A stretch of 64,000 nt of DNA from Vicugna vicugna (taxonomy: Eukaryota). This document shows, piece after piece, positions 1 to 11,181 of this stretch. The position numbers were made by a program, and so were the translations under genes. Within the stretch, counting starts at the first letter, position 1. Each line of letters opens with the position of its first letter. The DNA lies in contig MU059756.1 in NCBI GenBank assembly GCA_013265495.1, positions 310,001 to 374,000 on the forward strand, given 5' to 3'. The notes below the pieces were generated by a model. That model saw only the letters and a program-made list of their open reading frames with translations. It ran no database searches and was not told the origin of the DNA.

Positions 1-1829
1 CTTGGAGACCTGGAAAGACGTCGTGACATTTATATGTAATGCTCAGGGCAAAGCCCTGCCTGGATGCTGTCAGATCAGAAAGGAAGGACGTAGCATGAGT
101 CCTCCTTAAAATCTGTGTAGACTAAGTCGTTAAATCTAAGTTAACAGGCGCGCTTCCTCCTTTGGACAAAAGAACAGGTAGTGATCAATGCTATGGAGAA
201 AAGTAAAGTATTATTTTGGATTTTTTTCTTGCATAGTTGTATCCTAATGTTTTTCAGCTTGTCTTCTGCTCAGCCTTTTTCATCTTCTTATACCATCCCC
301 AGTTGTTTAAAAAAAGAACACACACACACACAACAAAAAACCAAACCCAAAGAACAATGTGTTAAATGCAAACAATTGAAATCTAGGTGTCTGTTTCTAT
401 TAAAACACTCTTCTTTATATGTGTCATTCGCTGGGAAAGCAACACTTGCTACTGGCCTACTTACGTATTCTGAGCTCAGTGCCCCTCCCAGTCCAACAAA
501 ATATCCTTAGCCCTCTGCTGGGATAGAAGGTTGGTATGTTGTTTGTTTTGTGATTGCATCATGTGTTTTTTTTGGTTGTGTGTCTGGCTTTGTTGTTCAC
601 CTGCATCAGGATATTTTTACAAAGTAAACTCTGGGAAGACAGATATGTTTCTGGTATAATGATTATTGTGTTTGACTCCCTGTCATTGATCCACCCACCA
701 TGGTACTCCCTTATGTCCAGTCCCTCCTAGTGAGCCAGTCATGGCTTTCATGTGTTCCTTGCCAGAGACTGGAAAAGGAATGGCCAACATTGGATGAGGG
801 GAGCGCCTATGAAAGGTTCCTGGCTTCTGAGAAAGACAGGAAGAGAAGGTTGCTTTTCTTTCTCTTGTCTTGCTGTGTCTGTAAGTGATGCCTGGAACCG
901 CTGCAGCTATCTTGCTGCCAGCCTGCGAGTGAAGTCAGTACTTGCTGAGCTATGGAATCCCCCAGCTCTGGAGCCCGCCCACTTTGGACTTTTTATGGCA
1001 TAAAATAATAATATATACCCTTGTTATTTGAGACAAGTTTGTTTGTTTATTTGTTTGTTTCATTTACAGCTGGAAGTATCCTAACCAATAAAGATTTATT
1101 AATTTCCTTCTTGCAGCCCTTCTCAGCATACATTATATGGTTTTATACTTAGTGTTTTCCAGTAATATTTAGACTCATGGACTCTAAGTTACTGAAATGA
1201 TTTAGACGATTAAAATGGATATGTGGTTACATTAAACTGCCTTGTGTAGTGTCTGGAGTTTTGCATATGTGAAAGGACTATGATAATGTGTGTTTAAAGA
1301 GCTTAAAGAACTCTGTAGACTATTAATTTTTTCTAGCGATCATACCCTGCTCTTTAAGTTAACAACATCTGAGCTGAAAATAGAAGAAAACAAAAGATAA
1401 GTTTTAAGATACAAACTTGTGCCCACATGCCAGAGCCTTTGGGGAATGACTCTTGCATACGCCCAGATACATTAAGAACTTAATTGTCCGAGTACTTCGG
1501 TTATCCCTTTACTGCATTCATTTACTACATTTATTTGTAAGCAAAGGTGATACTAGCAAATTATGACATCAATATACGAGGGTTTCAAGGTGGCCAGAAC
1601 TGAAGTCTCCTCAGTTTCTGTACTTTTCCGTCATCTGACTGAATTTAATGGATTGGGAGCATTACTGCTTTATTTATTTGAAGAAATGTTTTTTGGTGTT
1701 GTGTCCCAACTCACATCTCTCTCTTAGTAGCTGTAAGGGTTTGTGGTGAAACCTTGCTTCTCAAATGGGGACTGAGCTGGTAACATGAAAATTTTGGCTG
1801 AGACCCTGGGAAAGTGCTAACAGTGAGTG

Positions 1830-2011
1830 TCTTTTCTCCACCTGAGCTGAAATCTGAGCGATTCAGCGGTTCCGCACAAGGCAGCTCTTGTGCATACTTC
1901 CCTCACTGTCGAGCCCGCAGTGAGCTACCTGACAGGCGTCTGATAATCAAAGCCAAAGGACACTGTTCTCTTTCCAAATCTTGTAGCGAGAGGTGGACAA
2001 AAATGTGTGAA
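1830..2011 (+). other. Candidate alternative first exon encoding only Met-Cys-Glu (host gene unknown; 5' boundary guessed)
   Basis: ACAAAAATGTGTGAA|GTAAGT: ATG at 2003 with A at -3, and a consensus donor hexamer at 2012-2017. Locally raised CpG content and no repeat recognised. Confidence 0.3.
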
Positions 2012-4367
2012 GTAAGTATTCTCTTCCCAAGTGTCCCCTCCCCTGCCCATGCCAGCCCAAGCATGGCATCGCTGCGGGATACTGACAGAGACTTAGACTC
2101 ATCTCTCTTTCCTCCTTCACCCCCAAATACAGCAGCAAGCAGACAACCCAAATGCCTAGCAGGAAGATCATTACTTTCTTATTTTGGCAAAATCTAGGGA
2201 CTCCTTGTGTTTTGGTGTCTAGAAACATAAAAGGAGAATCCTATGAAAAGACTTAAGCTCATTAACATTTACAGGGTGCCCATTGCTGGGCCACTGTGTG
2301 ATGTGTTATTTAAGCTTTGTAGAGATAAATTACAGTTTGCCTTTGTCTCTTTGCCTGCGTAAAGGGGAAAGCAGAAGCATGAGGTGTTATTATAAAGTAA
2401 GCAGGTTGATTTTCATGTGAAGCTTAGTATGAATCAGTCTCATTACTTTGTCTCATTGTTTGTTCTGAGAAACTGCTGTTTTACACAGTACAGACTTCTT
2501 TGTTTGTTTGCTTGTTTCTTATATTAAGACTGTGCAGTGGGACAAGTAAGAGTGAAAAGAAAAAAACGCTGTAAAAATAGAAAGGATGAAGCGGGTAGGG
2601 GAGAGGAAGGAAGGAGAAGAAATAACATGATTTGCCTGAAGGAGGCCGGAAAGTGAGGAGATGGAGGAAGTTGAGATTGCATTCAGTTAAAATCAATGAG
2701 GGCAGTTCTTGGTTGAGAGAAGTAGGACTCCCTATTACAAGATTTTGCATGTAGCTGGTCAAGTATGGCGGATTCTAGACATACTTTCAAGAGAAGAGGT
2801 AATTCTGATAAAATCGTTGGCTAATGGTTTATGAATGCTTATCATGTCATTTGCTCATGCTGGTGGGAAGCAAGAGTTTTTGTATGTAATTCAACCAGTT
2901 TTAGTCTTAACTATCACAGGAGGTGGGTATGCTTTTCATTTCCTTTTTTTGTTTGTTTGTTTTTAATTTGAGGAAAGAACTGAAGCTTAGACAGATTAAA
3001 CTTCCCTAATGCCTTGGTTGATAATAAAACCCAGGTTCTCACCAAGGCTGTGCCCCTAATGGCTACCCTCAGACTGCATTTGAATACCTGAGGAAATAAA
3101 ACAAAATATATAACTGAAATCACTTTGTATTAAAAAAAAACCAGTAGCATTAGAAACATAGCATTTTAAATTTTAAAAGATCTTTGGAGGTTGGTTCATA
3201 GGAGAGAAAGCTGAAGTCTAGGGAGAATGTCTTAGAGTTCTTAACTGGTCATGGGATACCTTGGGAAAATTTCCACCCTTGTATTACAACTTTGGAAAAA
3301 GGGTAAAATACGTATTCTATCTGTCAATTTTTCCCCAGCTTGCTCATTATCAATGTCAGGGAAAATATCTATTTAAAGTTAGACTAATTGAGTAATGCTT
3401 GAATAATTATGTGTACTTTGCAATTCATACTGAATGCAAAACTGGAATGCAGGAAAAATTTCTGTCTTGCACTGTCTCACTACATGTAAGGTGAAAAGAC
3501 TAGACCTCTAATGCAGCTTATTTAGGAAGTGTAGAATGCCGACAGTCATTAAAATTAGTATTATGCTATAATGCCAAGGGCTCTGGAATATAGTTTAAAT
3601 GTTACTTGGTGTTTTCTAGATAGATCTTAAAATAGATATCAATATAAAACAAATTGAAGTACAGAAAAATTGGCCCTAGAATGTCAATTCTAGGACATAT
3701 TTTGGTGAGAATGTGAGAAACTAGCCACAAACCACACTTAGCCCCTGGAAATTTGCAACAGAAATTTCAAGGCTAAATATATTTAAGTGTTCTTTGAGCC
3801 CACTTCTTTGTTTTATTAAAAAAAAAGACCTATCCAAATGCTGAAAGTGAAATGAGTAAGAGTTCGATGAGGATGAAATATTTCATGTTGACAATTTTAT
3901 ATAGTTATCGTGGCCTAAATATTTTCTAAGTCCACAAAATTAATAAGCCTAGTGAGTCAAATCTAAGGAAGGAGACTGAATGCTGTAAAAATGCCCCAAT
4001 TGTCTATTAGACATTTTATTACTAAATTTTCTCCTGGGGTACGGGTGGGAGATGAAATTTCCTACTTGATTTATAACATGAAATTTAAGATGTAAGGAAC
4101 TGTGTTGCTGTTTCTATTTTAAGGGCCCCACCAGAGTTCTTTTGTTTTGTTCTTCTCTGCTAGTAACCCTGTAATTCCCACCTAGCTCCTGCATTGATCC
4201 TGTATATTTTTCAACCTAGTTCATTTCAGTTGACCTACTTGTATGTTGAATTCCCATGGCAAGCCTCGTTAATCTCATTAATTCCATGCCCTTGTCAACT
4301 ACTGAGAAGAAAAGTTGGAGTTGAGATAGATTCTGTTGGATGAAAAGATGGAATGGTGGAGACATTA

Positions 4368-4442
4368 TTTCCTTTCCTTTCCTTTCTTCCTTCCTTCCCT
4401 CTCTCCTCCTTTCTCTCTCTCTCTCCCCCTCTTTTTCTTTCC
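4368..4442. repeat. 75-nt pure polypyrimidine tract (TTCC/CT low complexity)
   Basis: Only C and T from 4368 to 4442. Confidence 0.95.
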
Positions 4443-4569
4443 AGAAAATTTGCTTTAAAAGAATATTATAAAAACAAGTTGACTTCACATATTTGAGAAT
4501 TAATGTGTAGGGGCAACTGAGGAGTGTTGATAAGGGGTGTAGGTACAGGGGAAATGGGAATGGGTTTTT

Positions 4570-4700
4570 TTTTTTTATTTTATAATGGGGTGGTAATTGG
4601 GTTTATTCATTTGTTTCTATTTGGAGGAGGTACTGGGGATTGAACCTGGGACCTCATGCATGTCAAGCATGCACTCTACCACTTGAGCTATACCCTCCCC
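4570..4700 (-). mobile_element. tRNA-derived SINE, camelid Vic-1-like
   Basis: Minus strand reads GGGGAGGGTATAGCTCAAGTGGTAGAG...GGTTCAATCCCCAGTACCTCC (Pol III A and B boxes) followed by an A-rich tail. Flanking near-duplicate GGAATG(G)GTTTTT at 4557-4569 and 4702-4713 (TSD). Confidence 0.9.
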
Positions 4701-4728
4701 CGGAATGGTTTTTGTATACTTAATAGAA

Positions 4729-5043
4729 TGTGCCTGAGCCATGGTGGCTAGATTATGCTTCAGTAACAAATGACCCCAAGATCTCAGTGGTTGGCACAAT
4801 GGAAGGCTTTTCTTTCGCTCATGCCAGCTATCCAATATGGATTGATACCCAGATCGACAGAGTTACCTCCATGTTACCTATTACCCCAATCACCCTTCCA
4901 ATGGGAAGACTTTTTACTGGGAAGTGACTCACTGGTGAGAGCAAGTCCTACAAGATGTCCAACTGTAGGGGAGGCAGATAACAGCCATCTGACCCTGTGT
5001 CCCAACAGGAAAGTCAGAAACCAGTGACAGCTAGTCCTGTTTC
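4729..5043 (-). mobile_element. Old MaLR LTR (MLT1 late subfamily)
   Basis: GGCTAGATTATGCTTCAGTAACAAATGACCCCAAGATCTCAGTGG resembles the reverse complement of the MLT1 3' end. Boundaries approximate. Confidence 0.7.
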
Positions 5044-5859
5044 ATGCCTTTCCTTGAGAAAGAGCAGTATCAGTAAAGGTTAAAGGTGGGTGTATTGCCA
5101 ACCACTCGAGTCTGGTGCTGCCCCTCTGAGAAGGTATTCTTTTTAAAAATCTATGAACATAATTCAGTAAAGCAATATTACATATGGAAGCATCGGCCAA
5201 ATAAGTGATCTCAGGGCATGTTTGTCTATAAATTCTTTTCTTCATTCCTTTGTACCTTTATCCCTTCAGTAAATGTTTACTGAGCTATCATGTATCAAGT
5301 ACATAATGTAAGCCTTGATTTATTTATTTTCTTTTTATTTTACTTGTATTATCTGCAGTGTTTTCTTTAACACATTTTTACTGCCTTGTCAGTATTTTGT
5401 ATGTATGTTTATTTTGAATCTATTATTTTTTAACTTCCTTCGGGGTATGGACCTGACCTGTTTTCTTTACCAGATTATCCAGATGTGTTCCTGCCAAATA
5501 TATGATAACCAGGGAGCATGCATAATGTATTGGTTGTATTTTTCTCAAGATTTCTATGAAGAAGTTTCAATTAAAAAAAATCTTAGTTTATTAAAATTTT
5601 ATTTAATATCTTAAAATTTTATCTGTAATACATTGGGATAATTTTCCCCTTGCTATTTTATTTGAAGAGTCAAATGACTCTATTACATGTCATTTGGGTG
5701 ACCATAAACTTCTGAATAATGAGTAAAATTATTGTAGGAGAGGGATCTCATTTAGACAATCAAACATGGTGCGGTCCTTGAGTACAGCCAAACATTTTAA
5801 TTTCAGCAATCACTGTCCCTTTGTTCATCTTTGCTTTGTCTTCTGCATTTCCATCACAC

Positions 5860-6010
5860 AGCCTGACTTGTAATGTGGTTCTCTAATTTTGTCTTCCTCA
5901 GAACTGGTGAGCACAGGAAGTATCTTTCTTGTCTTTGTAGCCCGCCATCCCTCAAGCCTGACACAATACCTTGCACATAGCAGCTGTTCAATAAAAGCTT
6001 GTTAAATAGA
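5860..6010 (+). mobile_element. L2 3' end
   Basis: ACAATACCTTGCACATAGCAGCTGTTCAATAAAAGCTTGTTAAAT matches the L2 terminal motif. Confidence 0.7.
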
Positions 6011-8299
6011 TTTGATCTTTCTCACCTATAGTGGTTGAACTTTTGAAGTAGTGCAGGACTGAAAACAGAACCACAATTATTTAATACAGAAAACAGTTAC
6101 AAAACCTAAGTCTGAGGGGAGATGGGGCTAGAGAGACTGCATTGAAGGTTCTCTGCATGGAACGTTCTAGCATGCTTAGTCTTGATGTGTTTCAAAGGGA
6201 GCAGTTCGTTTCACATTGCTGAATTAATGTTCCTGAAATTGAAAAAAAAAAAGTGCGAGATTTCTGATGTGATGAGCCTCCATCAATCACTTGTACTTTT
6301 CTTCTTCGTAACCTGAGTATCTTCCTTTCAAGAGGGTGGTTGAAGTCACTTCTTCTGGGACCAAACCCAGTGTTTCTGCCTTGAGGAAACATAATTAATT
6401 GACACTTTAAAGGTACTTTATAGGCCTGTCCTGACCCTGAGCAAAGAGTATTACTTGATTTATAGTTACAAAAGGTCTACTTGCAAAATCTGGGTGTATT
6501 TTATGGTAGCTCTTTTGGTTGATTGCTTTCATTTTTATTCGGTAAATTATCTAGAACAGCTGTATGATGTCATCAGAGGCTTGACTTACTTTTACTTCAG
6601 CCTTGAAAGGCTGAGCACGGGGGATATTTCAGTGAATGGGAAGACCGAGCATTGTGCACAGGAGAAGGTAACATGGGATGTTAGCTATTGTGAATTGATT
6701 TCCTTCTTACTGTGGGAGCCAAGGGTTTGGACAGTTTTGAGAAAAGAATATTGAAATGTCAAGGATTTTGTTTTGTGACTTGGATTTCCTGATACCGTGC
6801 CCTAAAGGAATCCAACTGTGGATTACAGCGTCACATTCTAAAGACATTGACAAGATTTTTGTCATTAAATTAAAAAAAGTATTGCAACAAAATACTGAAT
6901 AATCATACCTTCCTTTGATGTGCAGGGTAATCGTTTTATTCAAGTGAACTAAGGCAGGATATGTACTCATTACAAAAGATTCCAACAAAGATGCAATTTT
7001 AAGTTTCAATGAAAAGATCCTCCCAGAGTTACCATGCTTCAGGAAATACGATTAAGAGTTGGTGACATTTGTTCACAAGCCACAGGCATTCTTGGCAGTT
7101 TGAGAACACGGGCGTGTGTGATCCCTACGCTTCCGGGCACATGTGACTGTCGTTGCTGGGGGTTCTAAGGCTTTCTAAGGGTCTCACACATCAGTTCAAG
7201 TCGATATGCCTCATGGCTTTTGGCTGCTTCAGTGGAGCCCAGCCTTGCTTTTGTGATAAGGGTTTCTCTGGTTTTCTAATAAAGAGGCTTTGTGCTGATC
7301 CTTGGGTTGGTTCTTGGGATTTCGGGAAAAGAAGCTCCTTTGTGAGTCCAGACTCCACACTGGCTGCTGCCTGTCATCTTCGTCCTCCCTGAAAGGAGTC
7401 CTGGAGGCAGCGGTCAGTGTCCACTGGTGAGCAGCATCAGTGCTGTCACTTGGCTTACCTGTACCCTCTGGGGAAGGTGCCAGGGAAAGAAAAACAAACC
7501 AACAAAGAAAAACAAGACAAAACTGAACATCCCAGGTCCAGACTTGACTATTTGAGCATTTGAAGCTATTAGCCAATAGCTGCTACTTTCCCAGGGCCTC
7601 ATGGCTCAAACTCCAGGCTAGGAATGCTCTGGATATTTCAGTTTGTTGCTCAATAGATCTACTAAGTGCATATCACTGGGCTTAGTTTAGTGGATGTGAT
7701 TAATAGAAGAATTCCTGGAAACAAACTACCCAGAAACTATTTGTAAAGTTACTGGTCTGGCCTTGTTTCATACCTCTCTTTGCTCAGTGCCTCGTGCATA
7801 ATTTGTGCTCAAAATATTGGGCTGAATAGCTGAGGAATGAGTATGAGGCAGATTTATTAATACAAGGCAATGAAGTGAATGAGAGGCAAGTGGATGAGGC
7901 AGGGGGATGGGTCTGCGTGCGCTTAAAGGAGTCAAGTGAAATGAAAGGCTCTCTGGGCTGCTGAGTCAGAGAGGGTTGAACAGAGATGACTGGGCTGCAG
8001 TACAGAAAGAATATCTGATTTCCTTGAAGCTATCAGTCTGTGAAATACTGGGAACACAGAAATGCTTGTGGGAAGGTTAGGGTTTGGAATTAGAACTGAG
8101 CTCTTGTTCAGGCTCTGTCACCTGTTGGCCGTGGCCTTGAGCTGGCCATCATGTGTCTTTGGGCCTTTGGTACAAGTTTAAAAATTGAGATAACATTATC
8201 TTTTGCTCAGTATTATCTTGAGAACTAATAATGTATGTGGAAGTGGCTAACAACACGTGTGCATGTATGTGCACGTGTTTGTGCATAAAATTTCATTGT

Positions 8300-8510
8300 A
8301 TGATTTATTGACACCGCTCGGTGCTACGCGGTGCTCTCAGCACTTTCCAAGTATTAAGATGGACTCATTTAATCCTCGCAGCAACATGTTAGGTTGGTAT
8401 TCTTTGTCTTGTTTTTCAGATGAGGAAGCTCAGACATTGGCAGGGAACGTGACCTGCCCATTGTCCAGCTAGTGAGCAGTGGAGCTGGGCTCCGAACCCC
8501 GGTGTCTGAG
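8300..8510 (-). mobile_element. MIR SINE
   Basis: CATTTAATCCTC...CAGATGAGGAAGCTCAGA...GGAGCTGGGCTCCGAACCC is the reverse-complement MIR core. Confidence 0.75.
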
Positions 8511-9399
8511 ATGAGCCATCCTCTGGGTGCTTACAGTTACAGCCAGAACTGTCACTGGGGTTCCTCCCACACACATCCGTGTTGGTTAGACGCTGTGGCG
8601 AAAATACCATAGTCACGGTGTCACTTTCAGTTTACTCCAAGTTGCCATTTATCCTACCCTTGCCCCCTTTAAGAAAATGCTTACAGCAATTTGGGGGGTT
8701 GAATTTTTAGTATTTACTGGTTATATTGCTACATAAGTCACTTGGCCCCTTATTTCTTCAACAATAAAATAGAAACATGGGTCTCAACAGGTTGCTGGAA
8801 AATGTAAATGAGAGCGTATATAACCGTAAACTGTAAGGCATCATAGGAATGAAGGGCACTCGTCACAGTGTATTGGCCTCGATCAGATGCATCTCTTTCC
8901 CTGGTGACAGCATATAAAATTAATTACTTTGGCTGATGTTTGTTAAGCATCTATGATGTTTTAAATTCACTTTGAGGGCTCGTCTTACACAGGGGTTAGG
9001 TTTTAAACTTGAAGTCAGTAAATAAGGTGAAAATGTGTACATAGAAATTATCCTTCAAATATCTTAATGTCCTCTCTCCCTCAGCTGAACTTTAGAATGT
9101 TAACCCCGAGGATTCTGTTGCTTTCCTTCATGGCTGCATCTCAGGGTCTGGAAGAATGATCAGTATGTATTTATTGACTGAATTACTAGTTGATTTGCAT
9201 CGAGGGGCCAGTTGTATGAAAGGGGGACACTGTTTAATGCCAGTATCCTATTCAATGCAGTAAAAGGCTCATCCTGAGCTATCCTCATGAGAACTCCCTG
9301 TGTGAAATCTGTGTAGTTGGGTTTCCCTAACTTAATGCAGATATAACACGACTCCACTGTGCGTGTGTTTGTGCTTAAAACAAGCTGCACGACACCTGT

Positions 9400-9480
9400 C
9401 ACTATCCCATTTCAGAAATGAGGAAACTGAGACTCAGAAGAGTCAAGAAAATTGTCCAAATTCTCATAGCCAGCACCTCC
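9400..9480 (-). mobile_element. MIR fragment
   Basis: CCCATTTCAGAAATGAGGAAACTGAGACTCAGA is a MIR core motif. Confidence 0.65.
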
Positions 9481-10892
9481 CCGCTGGCCCTCAAAATATG
9501 CACATTCTCATGTTAAAACTGTTGAATTTCCATTTTTTCTCCTGCAGCCAACTGCATAGTGTCTGTCTGCCCTGAGCAAAAGTCAGGAGTAAATCAGAAA
9601 TAAAAACTAAGCAGAGTTGTTTCTTGTGTGATTCTGTGGAATCAAAAAGAGTAGTCAAATTAACAGGTGTGTCTTTTGCCTGAAATAACATCTTTGCATT
9701 GTTTAGGCTCATTTTAAATATTTTTTTAAATGGTTTCAACTTTTGGGAGTTCACTTGGACTGTACTGAGGGTAAGCTTCCAAGATGAAACAATTATTGGC
9801 CCCAACAATTATTGCCGTGGAATCTTCACGGCAATAATTCAAGCACTTAAATTGGTCCTGATGTTTCTGATAAATTCCAATGATGATCAGCAATTTGGTC
9901 TTGGAATTAAGGTTTTTTCACTTTAGCTGCAGGAACCAACAACCCGGAGTAATTTATTGGCATCTGTATCCTGATTAAAAGTATTTTATGACATTTGCTA
10001 GCTCTGACTTGGTCAGTGCATGGATTGTGTAGGTCAGTGTGGGAGAGCGTGCTTGCTTCTCTTGTTATTACACAAGCTTGGAAACTTGCCTTGCAGTTCT
10101 GTTAAATGGCCTCTTACTCCTGCAGTGTTGCCAGGACTTGGCTTATTTTTCACGCCAAATTAAAAAAAAACCCAACATTGTTTGTAAGCAGTGACATTTG
10201 ACTCATTATTACTCATGAGCACCTGAAGTCAGCAACTTGAATTTTGAGTTAGTTTATTAGAAAATATTCAGCAAACAACATTCCTTGGGGCTCCTCTGGG
10301 CCTAGAGCATCAAGGAGATTAATGCAGATAGTACAATATTTCCATTATGACATTCCAGATATGAGCAATACACCATTTAGGTGAGTCAGAAAATGTATCC
10401 AGTGATAGTAATAGCTTGGTATTGGATGAATGTTAACTGATTTGGTTAATCTTTTAAAAATTTGGATCTCTGCTATAATTAAAAAACTGTCATTTGTACC
10501 TAAATGGAGGAGGGTAACCATTTGATAGCTGTGAGCTGGTCCAGTCTCTGTTCAGAAATGGTGTTGAAATTAACTTATGGGCGGTTCCTATAAATGATGT
10601 CACAATACAGTAACACTGTATTAATCCTTTAGAAGTCCATTCTTGGCTCTTTTACTCCAATAATGTTGCCAGATTTTACAGCTGCAGTGTAATTTGAAAC
10701 AATGTGAAAATTGCCCTGTTTACTCATTCCAAGCAAAAGGGCTAATGCTAAATTAGTTTTCTGGTTACAAGTTGATTGAGCTTAGTAATAGCCAACTTTA
10801 TTCATTCTTCTCTGGTAGTGAACATTGTAAAGCTTGTGTGCAGTTGTTTATCCTGAAATTCAACAAGGTTTTTATCCTGGGTTTTACTTAAT

Positions 10893-11084
10893 TTAAAAAA
10901 AAATTGGAGTATAATTGACTTATAATATTATATTAGCTTCAGGTGTACAGCATAGTGATTCAATATTTTTATACATTATGAATGATTACCACCAGGTCTA
11001 CTTACCATCTGTCACCACCCAAAGTTATTACAGTATTATTGACTATATTCCTTGTGTTGTGCATTATATTTATTTTTTAACTGA
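10893..11084 (-). mobile_element. 5'-truncated L1 3' end (L1MA9/10-like)
   Basis: TTGGAGTATAATTGACTTATAATATTATATTAGCTTCAGGTGTACAGCATAGTGATTC is a reverse-complement L1 3'UTR. Confidence 0.8.
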
Positions 11085-11100
11085 AAGTTCTGGTCCTTTT

Positions 11101-11181
11101 TAAAATTTTTACTTTTTTGTTGAAGTATAGTCAGTTTATAATGTTGTGTTAATTTCTGGTGCACAGCACAGTGATTCAGTT
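11101..11181 (-). mobile_element. Very short younger L1 3' end inserted at the edge of the older L1
   Basis: TTGAAGTATAGTCAGTTTATAATGTTGTGTTAATTTCTGGTGCACAGCACAGTGATTCAG, flanked by AAGTTCTGGT(C/T)CTTTT at 11085-11100 and 11182-11197. Confidence 0.85.

Noticed and set aside
1911-1930. CAGTGA loop suggesting an iron-responsive element
   Set aside because: The flanking five bases do not pair and there is no bulged C.
4617-4700. tRNA-like sequence
   Set aside because: It is the head of a SINE with an A-rich tail and TSD, not a tRNA gene.
6601-6667. Resemblance of LERLSTGDISVNGK to the post-Walker-A segment of ABC transporters
   Set aside because: Too short and weak; no Walker A/B or other ABC exons in the window.
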